A DNA stretch of 64,000 nucleotides from Amoebophrya sp. A120. Its lineage: Eukaryota > Protista > Dinoflagellata. The position numbers were made by a program, and so were the translations under genes. Numbering within the stretch: the first letter of the stretch is position 1; each line of letters begins with the position of its first letter. The notes under the pieces were generated by a model, which searched no databases, was not told where the DNA came from, and worked only from the letters and a program-made list of their open reading frames with translations. The DNA lies in NCBI GenBank assembly GCA_905178155.1, contig CAJINV010000001.1:543643-607642 (forward strand), written 5' to 3'. Of this stretch, positions 24,536 to 38,270 are shown piece after piece.

Positions 24536-25879
24536 AAATACAGTCTCTGACAACTAAAGATTCTACAACAACAAATCGCACACAGGCAATCGGGCGAGAA
24601 ACCCCACTGCCAGAAGCCGTCTGAAACCGTCGTCTGTTCGAAAACGAATTTAAAAACCACTACTGCGATATTATTGCTCTCCCGCTCCTTGCAGTAGTCG
24701 TGCAGCGAGGATGTCTCGACTTTCGCTCTCGCAACAACTTCCAGAGAGCTTTCGCTCTCGCAAGGTTTTCCTAGTTAGTTTTCGGACACGACACATCCAC
24801 GCTCCGGCAACAATTTCAAACGTTACGCTCGAACCTGCTCAACACCCTCTTCTTAACGGACCGTCATTTGGAACTCGTGGTGTGTGAGGATGAAACTTGC
24901 CACAAAGACGGAGCCGTTGAAAGTGCGATCGAAGTTAATCAACATGGGGACGAGTTCATTTTTGGTACAGGGAGTTTGTTCGGACAGATCAAGTATGTTG
25001 AACAAATAAACGCCTACTCAATACCACATCGCTTTTTTTGCCAACCGAATAAACTTTTGTGACGTTGTACGAAACCCCTCAGATATGATCTCACGACCAC
25101 GTACTGTAGTTTGTTGAAGTCGTGCACTTGCGACCCTGTCCTTTCACAGCCCCGCGTCGGCGGGTCGAGGGTTCTTGTGGTGCGGCAGTCAGGAATGTTA
25201 CCGGACGCTAGTTCTGGAGGAGTGCTGCTGGTGGTGCGTCCCAAAGCTGCCTCCACGTGTTTTCAGGTCGGTGGCGTACCGTAGCAGGTTTTGTGCGGCC
25301 CGTGACTCGTCCTCTTCTCGTATTCACGATCGCGTTGTTCCATCTCTCTTTCTCCAACACCACAGCCTACCAGAGACGACCTCCACTCAATTTACTCCAT
25401 TCATGACTATCGTTCATCGCTACAATACTGTAATAAAAAATGCAATAAAATTAAAATCTTCTTTTAATCGGTGGCCCTGCTGCAGCACCCACACTACGAA
25501 ACTGCTAACTGGTGCAGTAGGACCAATTTCCGGTTCGAAGAATCCGGCTCGACCACGATAACACTGAAAGGTAATCAACAATAGCAAAGAGGATGAATCT
25601 CAGAATATCGATAAGTATCCGTAAAGCATATTCTCGGGTTTGCAGAGAACAAGCTGTACTTTATCTTCGCCCTGAGTCTGTACTATGAGGAGTCAGGATA
25701 TTAATCGTAAATAAAACCTCGACGAAATAATTGCTTTGTAAAGGAGTATCAAGCTAGAAACAGTAGCGCAAAGGGGCCAGCGGACAAGAACGAACTAACT
25801 ACGGAAGTACTTACAGGTGTAGTTCGCTTCGGATTTTGAAAAAGCAACTGTTCTAAATCGGATTATGCTTGACAAATTC

Positions 25880-27307
25880 TTAGAACAGGTTGGTCTTTTT
25901 CATGATGCGCAAGAACTCCTCCTCGTTGACCTCGCCGTATGAGAGTGCACAAGTCCCCCTCCCCTGAGATTCTCATGCTAAATCCCGAATCCAGTTGCTG
26001 TCTTGTTGCAGTGTTTGCATGAAAAATTCCGGAATCGCAAACAGTACTACATGTTACGCGTGCACTTCTCATGCGCAGGCTTCAAGTGTGCTGGTCCTTG
26101 TATTGCTGTTCAGTATACCACGCCAATGAGGGGGAGAGGGTGGGCTTGTGCACTCTCATACGCCGTCACCGTCCCTGTCTGCCTCGTCGATCATCTCCTG
26201 GAGCTCCTCGTCCGTCATTCGCTCACCGAGCTCCTTGGCCACGCGCTTCAGGTTCTTAAACGAAATTTTACCTACGAGTGGTTTGCAAACATCAAGTTCG
26301 CTTTCATCACAACACGCGATTTAAATCGGACTTAAAAAATTTTTCTTTCAGAGGAAATCGAAAAAAAAAACATCACCAAACAGGATAGAGTTGTGAAATT
26401 AAATTTTTTTCCAGTAACAACCTCCTAAAACGCATACCCGTTTCGTCGTCATCGAAGAGGCGGAAGGCCTTGAGAATCTCGTCCTTGGGGTCCCGATTGA
26501 GGATCTTTTGCGTCATCATCTTCAATATCCAATGCAAATATCGTTGGGTCTGGAAGATTGCAAGTTTGTCTATGCTGGTCTCGCATGAGACAGTTGCATC
26601 TGTAATAAATCAGCAGTAGGTATAGAATCAAAGCGTCTTGCCTGTCATGCAACGTCATGTGAAAAGCGAAGCGCAGAAGAGCCCCGAAAATTGTCCTCGT
26701 GCGTGTCTGCGTATTGCAGTACGCCGCCCAGCATTCATCACAAACTAGCATCACGATTCCTTCCAGACCCAAACAGATTTGCCTTTGATATTCAAAAATT
26801 CCTCGAACTCGATGCTCCCGCTACCATCGTCGTCGACGTCCGCGATCATCTTTTGGATCTCCTCCTTCTTCGGCTCGAAGCCCAGGGCGCGCATGGCCAC
26901 CTTCAACTCCTTAGCGTCGATGGAACCCTGGGGTTTTTCAGGTGGTTTGAATTCGAATTGAAATTATTATTACATGAAAAGTCCAAAAAAGCAAAAGGTC
27001 GGTACTTTTTGGGCATCATCACTAAGTATTCATCTCCCTGGCGTGCTATCTCGAAGTAGCAAGGAATAGTAAACATTCCAAATACCGAGCCATCGGTATC
27101 GAAGAGGTCGAAGGCTTCCTTGATCTCCTGCTTCTGCTCCTCCGTGAGCTCTTTCTGCTTACCTGATTTGAAAGTCTAATAATTTGACACGTATTTAGTA
27201 AGTACGGGCAACTATGATGGAGCTGGATTTAGAATCTTATGCGTCGCATGACAAAAAAAATTCTAAATCTTACCTTTCCCTGCAGCACCGACCCGACGCA
27301 GAGCCAT
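25880..27307 (-). CDS. CETN: Centrin (caltractin), multi-exon
   Basis: [46 protein letters not shown]...[16 protein letters not shown]...[17 protein letters not shown]. Confidence 0.96.
25938..26160. mobile_element. Introner-like TIR element, family F
   Basis: Perfect 16-bp TIR TATGAGAGTGCACAAG; repeat CGCCG; removal gives DRDGDG|EVNEEE. Confidence 0.92.
26526..26790. mobile_element. Introner-like TIR element, family A
   Basis: Repeat TTCAA; removal gives EEFLK|MMTQK. Confidence 0.92.
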
Positions 27308-28216
27308 CTTTGGTGTTGGTAAGGAGTGTCAAGCCCCTTGGAGTAGAAAAGAGATCTTCCCTTTGTCCTACCAACGTTGGTGTTTCGGATTTGTAAAAGG
27401 TAGAAGCCAATGGACACAAAATGAGAATCACGAATTGCGCTGTGCGCTGCTCAGTGCGGAGAAACAAAATTCGCTATCACCCCTCGTGAAAAGCCTAAAT
27501 CACTCGTTTCGCAGCACGGATTTACGTTTTCGTCAACCGCAGTCTGAAGTCTCCACTTGGTTGAGTCAAGATCACCGGTCTCCAAGGACGCAATCGCAAT
27601 CTCTCATCTCCTCACTCCTTTATCACTCCAAATCTACCTCTAGGTATCCCAAACACGCCTGGAACGCCATACAATCTTCGACATTCTAAATTTATTGCGA
27701 GTACTTCTACCAACACGTTTGCATACTTCTCGAATTCATCTTTAGAAACTCCACGCTCAAAAGCATTTTCATTCACCGGGTGTTTAGCAAAGTGCAGGCG
27801 ACACATAAAATCAGCGCTTCTTTGCAAACGCCGTGCCGCTCAGGGTTTTCTTCTTCTGCATGTATGAGATACAACTCTACTTACTACAAAGCGCACACCT
27901 AGGCGAGATGAAGCGCTGAAAGACGCAGCTGCTCTGCAAAAGCACGCTGCCGATAAATTTAAAAAATCTAAATCATTAGATTTAAAAACTACACGCGCTT
28001 TCCCCGCAGAAAAAGATGAAACGCCACACCGGCAAAATCCGTTCACTCTGTCGCTGAGTGAAAGCCAGATCGGTTCGGAGGCAGACGATGGTTCCCTCCC
28101 GTCGTTCGCAAGAGTGGTCACCGGTCTGCGAAAGTACTCGTTCGAGATGATAATCGTCCGGCACGACGGAAGCCCACGCGCAAGAAAAAAATTCGCCAAC
28201 CGCACGGGCCACGTGA

Positions 28217-31200
28217 TTATTTCTGGTCAGGACTTCTTCCGCCCGACACACGGTCCACCAACAGGCGAATCAAAAAGCGCCGGACATGCGTCCGCAAACT
28301 CTCCATCACGAGGAACATCACCTGATTGTATACAGAAACAACTGCCTGAAAAATTTTAACCAAGAAATTGAAATACAGGAACATCGGAGTGCGGCGGGAA
28401 TACAACAATCAATCTAAAAGGCGCGATAGTAATTAAATCAGCATGTTGACAACACATCTTCACCCACATCTTTTAAATTACCGCGGACTGCGTGACGCCG
28501 CGCGACAGTTCAAACGACGCTCCGGTGTACAATTTAGCGACACCGCCCTCCCGCAGCGTTTCCAGCAGCAACCGGGTGTATGAAACCGGCTTGTCGACTT
28601 CGTCCTATCATGCCGAAAATTTATTCCTCTCTACGATGCCGTTCCCAAGCTATGCATTTACTGACACGAAAGACTTTATTTCACGGGATTCTGTCGCCAA
28701 CTCATGAGATGAGCTGGAAATTTTGTGCAGAAGAACCACGACTACACTAGTCCTGAACTCGAGTTTCATTGAAGAGAAGAGAATTTTCGAGACCATATGC
28801 CGTCGACGGCCTTTTTGCTGATCGCAAGTGTTTTCACCCGCACGTACGGATAGACCGTTAGGGTGGCAATGAACCGCGCGATAGCCCCGAGGACGAATGC
28901 GGCCAGTGGCGGGAGCGACGCTGTTTTGATGGAGGAGTTTTTTTTTCTATTTCTTGCGCTGCTACTCCTCGCACGCAATATGCGCGCACCGGTGCGCAGC
29001 CGATTTTTCGCGGCTACGACAGAATCGGCCTCGCTTGAAGTTCGCGACGAACCAGCGGGCGACGCCCTGCGGGACGCAGTTTCACCAGCAGCGGTTTGGT
29101 GGCCGTCGCTAGTTCTATTTTTACCAGGGCCGGTTCTTGCCGAGTTTGGTTTCAACACTGAATCTTGTATTTGTGATGTTCCGTTTGCAACTTCATCCTG
29201 ATTCCCGTTCCTGTTCGCCCCCCGCGGTACTTGCTCGCGCGGACTACTTGTCTTTATTCCCGACGAAGAGCGATTATTTGCCTGGCTACCCCCGGTTGTC
29301 CGAGTGTTTTCTTTTTCGCTACTCGCGTCGTTCTTCTCTCCTGTCACTTCAGCGTTTCAAACGGAAAACTGTACCGAGACCACGTGAGCCAAAAAATCAT
29401 CAAATGTAAGAAAGTAAAGTCTGGCGCTGACAAAATTATCACCCGATTAAGTCACCAAGCAGCTATCCATGCAAATGACCATGTAGCACCTTCATGATCG
29501 CTTCAATTTAACAAATACTATTCTCCGACTCCACTACCCCTGACAGTTTTCATTTTCATACCCCGGCGAGAAGGTTCTTCATGCTCCATTCGTTACTCGT
29601 GATTTGGCTTCCACTGGACGAATTCTGGTCGTGGAAAAACCGATCCGGCTCGACGTGCCGCCGGACTTCGGCCTCGTCGCAGTTTTTCAGAATGCCCTTC
29701 GGGCGGGGCTGCACCGGCAACTCCACCGGCTTGGGCGACTGCTGCTCCACGAAAATTTCCAGCGGCTCCTCGTCCCCCCGGGCCGGGTCGTAGTCCTTCA
29801 GGAGAAAACCGCCGGGCTATTAAAAGGAAAAATCCCCCCTCCCCATATCGAAAACGCGACTTGTGTTGCCGTATTTGAGTACACAAATCACATTTGTCTT
29901 GCAGTGAAGGACTGCACGCAGATCGTAAGCCTAGTAAGGGCTCTTGGTGTAGGGGCCTAGCATGGCAGACGTCTGCCCTATAGGCCTTGCAGCATTACAA
30001 ATCGCCTGCATATCGTGGCGGAGTCTCTGAGTTTGCCCTCTTGCAAGAGAGACAAGATTTGTGGTCACAAATCGGCATCACAAATTTTTAGAGACATACC
30101 TTTTCAGTATGGGGAGGGGCATTTTTCACTGTAATACGGGCCGCGCGCCCCGGGGCTGTGTTGCGGTTTGTTCCGCAGGCCGGTGATGGTCGGCCCCGGT
30201 GACCGCTTGCACATCCAAGAGTCCCGCGTCCGAGGTCTCCGCCGAAATGGGAAGGGTTCGCGTGGCCTCGATGCCGTCGGCATCAGTGGGTGTTGTGGTT
30301 CTCTTGGACCGCTGGCTTGAGCTGGCAGACGAGGACTCATCCTTCGGTGGTGCAACTTTTCGGTCTCTGGTTCGCCCCTCAGCCCGCGCGCCGTCGCTGG
30401 CGACGTGCGGGCTACGCGTGCCTGCTCTCCCCGTGCTGTCTGCAGCTTCTACTTTTCGCACGCTCGTATAATTTTCAGTCGCACTGGGAACCAGATTTTC
30501 ATCACCAGCGATCTCATCTTCTGTACCTTTCGCTTTCCGCCCGTTCTGTTCCCTGCTGCTCGGTCCAGCGCCCCAAGTGTGGTCCTTTCCGCTCAATGCC
30601 ACCCCGCTGCAACCGTCAATTCGGCCGCCAGTTTGTTCCTGTGCCGCCTTATCTGTACTTGCACGTGGTCTACTTGTTCTTTCCCTACTGTGCTGTCCAC
30701 TACTTGCTCTACTTCCACTTCGCCCTTGGCGACCCGCGCTCCGACTTCCCGCAGTAGACCACTCCTGCCTGAGTTCTTCGCCCGCGACCCGCAAAGCACG
30801 ACCCCCGGCAGGAGCCATCATCTGCGCGGTTTCCTGCCGGCGCCGCTTCCAGATTTTTTCGTCTTTGAAGTCGCCAAACAGGTCGCCCTCCTCCTCCATC
30901 TCGAAGAAATTGAAGTGGTCGCAGGTGAGTCCACAATTAGCGCCCCCGCGAACCTTGATCGCGACCCGCGGCATCACGTTACGACTCTCGCGGCTCCAGC
31001 TAACGGACCCCATCGCGCTCGTGCGGGAGTCTCGGCTGATGTGCGCACCACAATCAGCATGAAAGGCGTGGCTAGAAGCAGACGCATGGTTTCTTGTGTT
31101 GCCGTAGTATGTGTTGTCCTCTTCGAAACGAGCGGTTGAAGGAGGATAGCTGTAAAAATCGTCATAGCCGTGTGGCTGGCGAGGGCTGTACGCCGTCCCA

Positions 31201-34200
31201 TAAGCTCCACCGTCAGGGTCGTCGTCGGAGGACCGGGTGGGAGATCAGAATAGAGTAGGAAAAATGACTCTTTGACAAGAAGTTCTTTTGCGACAAGGTG
31301 CGACCACCCCACGACCACGCTGCGGCAGTGGACCGATGTCAGGACAACGAGCGGCTCCAATGCAAAAAACAGCCTTGAGATAACAGTTGGGCGTTGGCCC
31401 CATGCTCCTCAGCCAGTGAGACAACGAGTGATACCACAGCACCGCATACTTATCGAACAAAGACCAGTATTTGTTCATCTCACTGTCATCATTACATCGC
31501 GAACTTGTCATCTGGACGCAAACTTTAAAACTCCTGCGCCATACGAACTCCGCCATCCCGCGCGGGCTGCGAGTCACCACCCGCTGAGTCGAGGGCGGCT
31601 CATCCCCGTACCACATGCCGTGCCTGTAATAGTCCTCCGCCTCTGTGTAGTTGGACACCCAGCTCGCGCTTCGGCCCGGCTGCGGCGACACGGCGCTCCC
31701 GGCGTGTCGTGCCGGCTGCAGTGGCAAACTCAGGTCCGACTCCTCGATCGACTCCCGAGCATCTGCCGGTGGCGTTCTCTCGTCGCCGTGACGCTCCTCG
31801 CAGGCCGCCGCGTCGCCGTTAGGAACGGAGGTGGACACGCTCTGGTGGTTCGCTCTTGCGGTGGTCGTGGTCGTCCCGCGACTAGTGAGCAGAACTTGGT
31901 CTTTCCGGCTAGTATTTTGTTTTTGATCATCAACAACATCCGCCTGGAGCACCGGCTTCGATACGATATTGGTGAGCCCCTCGTGTCTATTCCATGCGTC
32001 CTCGCCCGCGCTCAAGTTATTTGCTACAGCAGCTTCCAGCGGCGGCGGCGCCACTGTCACGTTAATCGTGCCAGAAGTGTAGGTTCCGAAGGGCTTGTCC
32101 GCATCATGTAGTTCCTGCGCATAGAAAGAAGATCCGCACCTGTTCGCGGCTCGTTCTCGCTCGGTGGTAGGTGAGAACCCGCCCGCGCCGCCATAATCCG
32201 CCGCGGGGGAATGCGGACAACGACCTGCTGAATCATGATCTTCGCCAAAGTTATTAGGACCAGTCGGTGCGATGTTGGTCTCGGGCTGCTGCGGCTCCTG
32301 GTGCGGCAGTAACGCTCCTCCCTCCGCCGTACTAGTCGCACTTGCGCGGCAGGAGATCGGCCGCGCGGCGGGGGGACGGCCGTAATCCGCATAGCGGCAG
32401 TGGATGGGCACCTCATTTTGGCTCTTCGTAACGCAGCCGGCGGATTCGGTCGAAGAAGAGCATTTACCTTTATTCACTCCACTCGCAGCTGCTCTTGACG
32501 TACTACCATCAGGATGAACCCCCACCTCCTCTCCGGTGGCCCGGCTGCTACCGGAGGACGACCGGGTGCTCGAGGTGGTCGGAGATAATTTCTTCGCACC
32601 TTCGCCGAAGCTTTCCACGCCGAGCCAGTCGCACAGCGGGTTGAGCACCACCTTGCAGCACGTAAAGTCCTTGAAGGATTGGCAGCTGCGGTAGATAAAG
32701 GAGGGGCTGTCGTTGATGGTCACGCGGGGGGGAGGGTGGTCGTGCTGGTCTGCGACATTTATTTCCGCGACGTGCGCACGACGCTTGGCGGCACTAGCTG
32801 TTGATGTGAGTAGTTGTAAAGAATTATGGTCGGGAGTACTACTACACGTTTGATGTTGTTCTCAACAGTGTTCTTTTCGCGCTGGTCGTGTAGGCTTTGG
32901 TCTCGCTAGAAAGGGTGTACTGACAAAATCTTCCCTGGTAGCAGTGGTAGAGGAAGAAGGATAGTAGTTCTTCAGGCTGGCTCCGCGCTTCTTCATTTGC
33001 TTTTTCCACTGCGGTTTACTCGATGTGATGCGAAGATTCTCTCGCGCGCGCGCGCGAGACTTCTCTGCTGGCAAGCCTGCTGGGCTTGCCTCTTCGGGGC
33101 CAATAGACTACTTATCATCGCATTTTCGTTCTCGGAACTTTTGAAACTAACAATAACAACACGACTTGATGTTCCTGAAAATACTAAGACAGTCAATTAT
33201 ACCGATCGTCCCAGCTCCGCCCGCTGCCTCATTCGTCGCTTTATTTCTTTGCCATTGAATGTAGAAGTGCTTGAACACGTCGAACAGCCCGTGCTCGATC
33301 CCGGGTTTCAGTGCGAGTATCAGATAAACTGGTAACTGGCGCGCGACCTTTCGCAGAAACTGCACGCACAGAATTTCTCTGCGTACCGAAAAGGTGTCCG
33401 GGTCCGTCTTATGCATTGCAAATATGTCTGGGTCTGGAAGATTGCAAGACTTCTCATGCACATTTTGCACGATCCATGATGCCTGTGATGCATATCCCAG
33501 CATCACAGATTTTGTGAGCGCTTCCTGATGCCTATACCGCATGAGAAATAGCCCCTTTGCGTGGCAACTGTCTGAATGTCTTTTGCCTCTCTTGCAATAC
33601 AGATTTTTGTGTGATCGACAGCTAGCATCACAAATCCCATGATTTCCAGGTGACCCAGACATATTTGCATTTGATACGTCTGCAGCCGGGCAATCACGTT
33701 TTCCAGCGTTATCGTGTTCCAGAGAGAGGCTATGCATTGCAAATAGGTCTGCGTCTGGAAGAGTACAGGGCTTGTCATGCCTGGCTGGCATGACTATGGC
33801 GTCTGTGATGCATACGCACGAACAGCCCCTTTTTGCCTGTCATGCAAAAACGCCACTTGCAGCCATGCGGAATACCCAACAGGGAGTAGCTAGAAAACTT
33901 GTCATGCGGGGCTGCCCATTCAAGTGCGACAATCAATCGCAGACTTGCACTACAAGTTTCCGGACCCAGACATATTTGCACTGGATAGAGGCGACATCCG
34001 CGAGGTACCCGAGCAACACCGCGATCCAGATACTCGTGGGCTTCTTCCCAGTGTGTTTCAGGTACATCTGTCGAAGCTTCGTGACAACCATAAACTGGAA
34101 ACCCTTGGAATTCCACGCTTCCAGCGCCGACCAGTGCAGCCTGCAGTGTCAGTTGTGAAGAGAAACATGTACTTACTCTCTTGAAAGAACATAAATTGCA

Positions 34201-34436
34201 CACGGTTTGCAAAAATTTCCTAGACCTGCTTCAAACTCATCACGATATTGATTCTGCGCTAGAACATGCACTTAGTACCCACGGTAAACGGTGCCTGGGC
34301 CTTCGGCCAAAACATCCAGCACCGATGCGGAGGGGTCCCTGGTTCGGCGCTGTTTCAGCGTTTCGAACGGAAAGGCAACGCAGCGGCCGAGCACACCGCC
34401 CGTGGCGCCAGTAATCGCTTCAACGATGACGTCCAT
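28217..34436 (-). CDS. Mitochondrial carrier family protein (peroxisomal nucleotide carrier-like) with a very long internal insertion
   Basis: Repeat 1 AITGATGGVLGRCVAFPFETLKQR; repeat 2 VLLGYLADVASLWNTITLENVIARLQT; repeat 3 FVLGAIARFIATLTVYPYVRVKT...LREGGVAKLYTG. The single-gene model is inferred. Confidence 0.68.
29818..30136. mobile_element. Introner-like TIR element, family B (opposite orientation to 15196 and 22871)
   Basis: Repeat CGGGC; removal gives GARP|GGFLL. Confidence 0.9.
33410..33676. mobile_element. Introner-like TIR element, family A
   Basis: Repeat CGTCT; removal gives RLQT|DPD. Confidence 0.92.
33731..33987. mobile_element. Introner-like TIR element, family A
   Basis: Repeat GAGGC; removal gives DVAS|LWNT. 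Confidence 0.92.
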
Positions 34437-35379
34437 ATTATTGTCCGATGAAAATTTTCCGCCAAGAACGACTCAACTAGCATAAGTACAAGTAGATACG
34501 AATGAGAAAAATAAGAAGTCGCATAAGGAGTGCTGCAAAGGAGTTTGTGTACAACTACTAGCGCAGTGGAAATTCAAATACAAACTGTAGCTAAAACTTC
34601 ACTGATGTTCTAAGCTAAGTACGGCTTACAGTACGAGGCGCCCGGGACGAGGCAGCCCTCCGCACGCCCGGGTGAAAATGCATCGAAAAAAACCGAGATC
34701 TTGGTGCTAGACGATCCTCAACATGTGAGTTGGTGTTGCAAGGCGATCTCCTCTTTGCAGTGGCCCGACATGGCATCTTGCCGCTGCTGCGAAGGAAGGT
34801 ACTTACTACGCAAAACCGATTCCGCAACGCGACCAGTACAACACATAGTTGTACACAAGGGAACTACGAGAATGCAACGACGTCGTCCTCTTTTGTTGCC
34901 TGACGTGGTCGAGAGGCTGTTTTTCCTTTATTTGCACGACCACAGCGACGGTCCTACTGTAGTCATGTTCTTGACAATACGTGGATACAGGGGAACCTGA
35001 AACTTACCCTACAACTCTGTACTTCTGACACTTCCTGGTCCATCTTTCAGCACTTTTTGACAAAACGATCTTTCGGCTCCTCTTGTGTGTTTGATACTAA
35101 TAAACCATAACTGTGCATAAAATCGTTGTTCCGAGGTGGACACAACATACAACTCAGCCACGTCTATAATCTTCGCAGGATTATATTAATATTAGACGCG
35201 GCGTTGTGTGTAGTAAATAGGTTCTGTATTCTGCGGTAAAAATTTTCTGACACTGCGATAAAGCAAAAGTGCGTAGGATGTTCGCCTCGCATTAGTTTCA
35301 CTCTGTACCACACCTCTTGTTCTAAGCGACGACTCTCCTTCACCCCAGGGCGCAGCTTCTTCAATAGCTGCCTAGTACC

Positions 35380-37518
35380 CTAGATTGCGGGACTGCGGTA
35401 CAAATACGCCACGTTTTTCGGGTCCAGCGCCTCCCGCTGCACCGGATGGTGGTCATCGGACGTTACGATGAGCGGCTCCCGGTTTGCGGGCCTCTTGCTG
35501 AGCTCTTCGATGCCCGCCGCCAACTTCTCGACCATGCGCATGACGGACTCCTTATCCCACAGAAAAAAGAAGGCAGGTCATATTCGTAATGCAAAAATAA
35601 ATACACAGGAAAATCTGTCATGGGCGGCACCATAGCATGCTGCTTCGGATATGCAGATTTTGTCTGTGTGTTTACTTTTGCATTACAAATATGACCTGCC
35701 AGCTTTTTTCTCTGGGATACTCCTTGCTGTGCACCGCCTTCATCTCCGGGTTCTCCTTCAGCACCTCCTTCGCAACCTCGCGGGACGAAGAAGCAACCGA
35801 CTGGAGGTCCTCCTCTTTGTTCGAGAGCGCCGCCTTCTCGGCCTCCTCCCTCTTCTATCAAGTGCAAATATGTCTGGGTCTGGAAACTTGTGATGCATGT
35901 TAGTGAACAGAAAGCGCACTGTAATGCATCGCCAATCATGACAGATTTTCTCGTGGCTCTGTGTTGCGTATTCTGCATGAGAAACATCGTTTTTGCATAA
36001 ATAGACGAGAGGAGGTCTTCGTGGCCACGCAATACAGAGTTCAGAGTCATGCCGAACTAGCAAGAGAAATCTCGCAATCTTCCAGACCCAGACATATTTG
36101 CAATGCATATCTTCCGCCGGAGCGTGACGTAGCCGTAGGAGGAGAACGAGGACACCGAGGTGGCGGTTTCCGCGGACTCGGGCTCGGTGGAGTAGTAGCT
36201 GCTTTCCTCTTCTTCCTCAACCGCCTTGCGCCCGCCCCGCTGCGACACGGACTGGGAGACGCCGGACACGACCGTGGCCTGCAGTTTCTGCTTGTGCGAT
36301 TTGTCCTCGAGTTCGGAGAGGTTTTCCTCCGTGACTTCCGTGATCAGCTCCTTCTTCTTTTCCGCGACGTCCTTGAGGAACTTCTGTTCCGTGCGCGCCA
36401 GCAGATCGTTCGCGCGGCCTTTGAGCACCGACAAGGCCTGGCGGAACTCCAAATCCTCCACGTAGTCCTCGAAGTTGAGGTTTTGCGCAAAGTCCAGCAG
36501 GTCCGCGACCTCGTGTTCTTCGTTTTCTTCCTTCTCCGTCGCCGACATTGCCCACAAAGGCTTGTTCTTTTTCTTCTTCTTACCCCCGTCTTTATTTGCG
36601 GCGGCGTTCATCTTGCTGGCGGGCAGGGGCTCGGGGAGCGGTTTGTCCTCCGACACGGCGACGGCGTCTTTCAGGTTGTTCAGAAATTCCGGGTGGTTTT
36701 TCGTTTGCTGGGGTATGAAACTGAAAGCGAAATGTTGAAAAAGAAACGGAGTTGTGGTCGAATCAATGCCCTTGTACTACTAGTGGATATTTTTAAGCAA
36801 GAATGGAAAACCTCTTTCATTCCTCGGGGCCACAGATTCTACACAAGACAGACTGCCCATAGAGCTGCACGAGAAAGGAGAGGATGGCCTAGTTCTAGTT
36901 CATGCGGAATAAACTTGTTTCACTGTATACTGTTTCACTGTATACATGCTTTTTTTCAATATTACAACATTTTTTGGATATCCTCCTCTGTTGCTTTTGA
37001 GAGCGCGTCCCTCACTGCCTGTCGCTGGTCCGCGCACTTCTCGCGCAGGTCCACTACCTTGGATTCCTTTGAGTCTGCTTTTGCTTGCAGTTCCGTCTTA
37101 CTCGTCTTGAGCTCGTCCTGATAAAGTTTTTCAATAGATGTAGCTCCTTGTTAACGGTATTTCTTAGCACGACACTATGCATAACAGATTCTTCTCGCAC
37201 TTAACTTATACCACTTCTGAATAAAAGCTGTACTTGTGTTACTTAAAGTCCTCTCACCTGTAGATTCTGCAGCCATTTTCTGTGTTTTTTCATTGCGGGT
37301 GGCATGTCGCGCTTTTGCTCCATGGGATTCAATTCGTTCGGGTGGAGCATGCCGAGCGGCTCCAGTGCCCCGGGTGCCACGGCGCTGTAGAACGGCGGCA
37401 TTTCCGTGGGGTCCTTGGTTTTCGGGGCGGAGAGGTCGGGCCGGTTGCACAACATCACCCCCTTGAAATTGCCCAGCCCCGTGGGCATGGCCCCCGCGTC
37501 CAAGCCCGTTTCCGGCAT
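35380..37518 (-). CDS. Uncharacterised coiled-coil protein, multi-exon
   Basis: GC3-rich exons: NFKGVMLCNRP..., KPLWAMS...DLLDFAQNLNFEDYVEDLEFRQAL, ...AYLYRSPAI*. Frame restored across two elements. Confidence 0.7.
35553..35719. mobile_element. Introner-like TIR element, family D-related
   Basis: TATCCCA...GGCAGGTCATATTCGTAATGCAAAA / TTTTGCATTACAAATATGACCTGCC...TGGGATA; repeat CTCCT. Confidence 0.9.
35856..36109. mobile_element. Introner-like TIR element, family A
   Basis: Repeat TCTTC; removal gives LRRK|REEAE. Confidence 0.92.
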
Positions 37519-38270
37519 TTCTACTTCGATTTTTTTCTTTTAATGTATTGAGCGCAAACTACGCAAAGGAATTAAACGATGAACCCCTACTAGTCTTCTA
37601 CTGCGGACCTACTTTATTTTCCCAAAAAACCTGATGGTATTTTTCCTTCTCTACGCGTTGTAGCACTACTAGTGAACGACAAGCACTATGAAATCCTATC
37701 ACCAATCATGATTCGATGGAGAAATTTTCGAACGCTGCCCCTCCCCATGTCAAAAACAAGCTTTCTCCCTCTGACTCTCTCCTGATGGACGCTCGTTCAT
37801 CGTCTCTCGTCCGCGACAATAACGTGACCCGACATTAAAACGATACTGATATAATCTTGCTCTGGTAAGCTACGACGCAACACTTTTTTTCAGGAGTCTT
37901 TGAGTCCCACGAGGCACCCAATGCGCGCACTTCCAGCGTCGTTTTTCCGCAAACTACAGTTCTACTTCTGTCAATATCGAGATGCCCATCTCGATGGTGT
38001 TGGTGGAGATGGTCCTGGATCTTGCATTAAAGTCGAAACTTTTGGAGGTCCAGTCGCACACCCGGTGAGGACTACGTATCGTCATCGAAATATTCGTTTG
38101 CAAAATTTGAATTTTTCCTGGCAAAATCAGTCAATCTCTGAAAACAGTTTTAGATACGTTATTACGTGAAGAGAATCAGTTACATTTTAGCTCGAAATAC
38201 TGAAGTCAGTACGTTTTATTTCGGGAAACAGATGACACAGAGAAACTGAATCGAAAACTTTCCCTTTTCG

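Noticed and set aside
24720-24763. 15-bp direct repeat CTTTCGCTCTCGCAA upstream of the EF-hand gene
   Set aside because: Only two copies; a local duplication explains it and no function can be supported.
37736-37750. TGCCCCTCCCCAT resembling a family B TIR
   Set aside because: Solitary, with no partner end or flanking duplication found.
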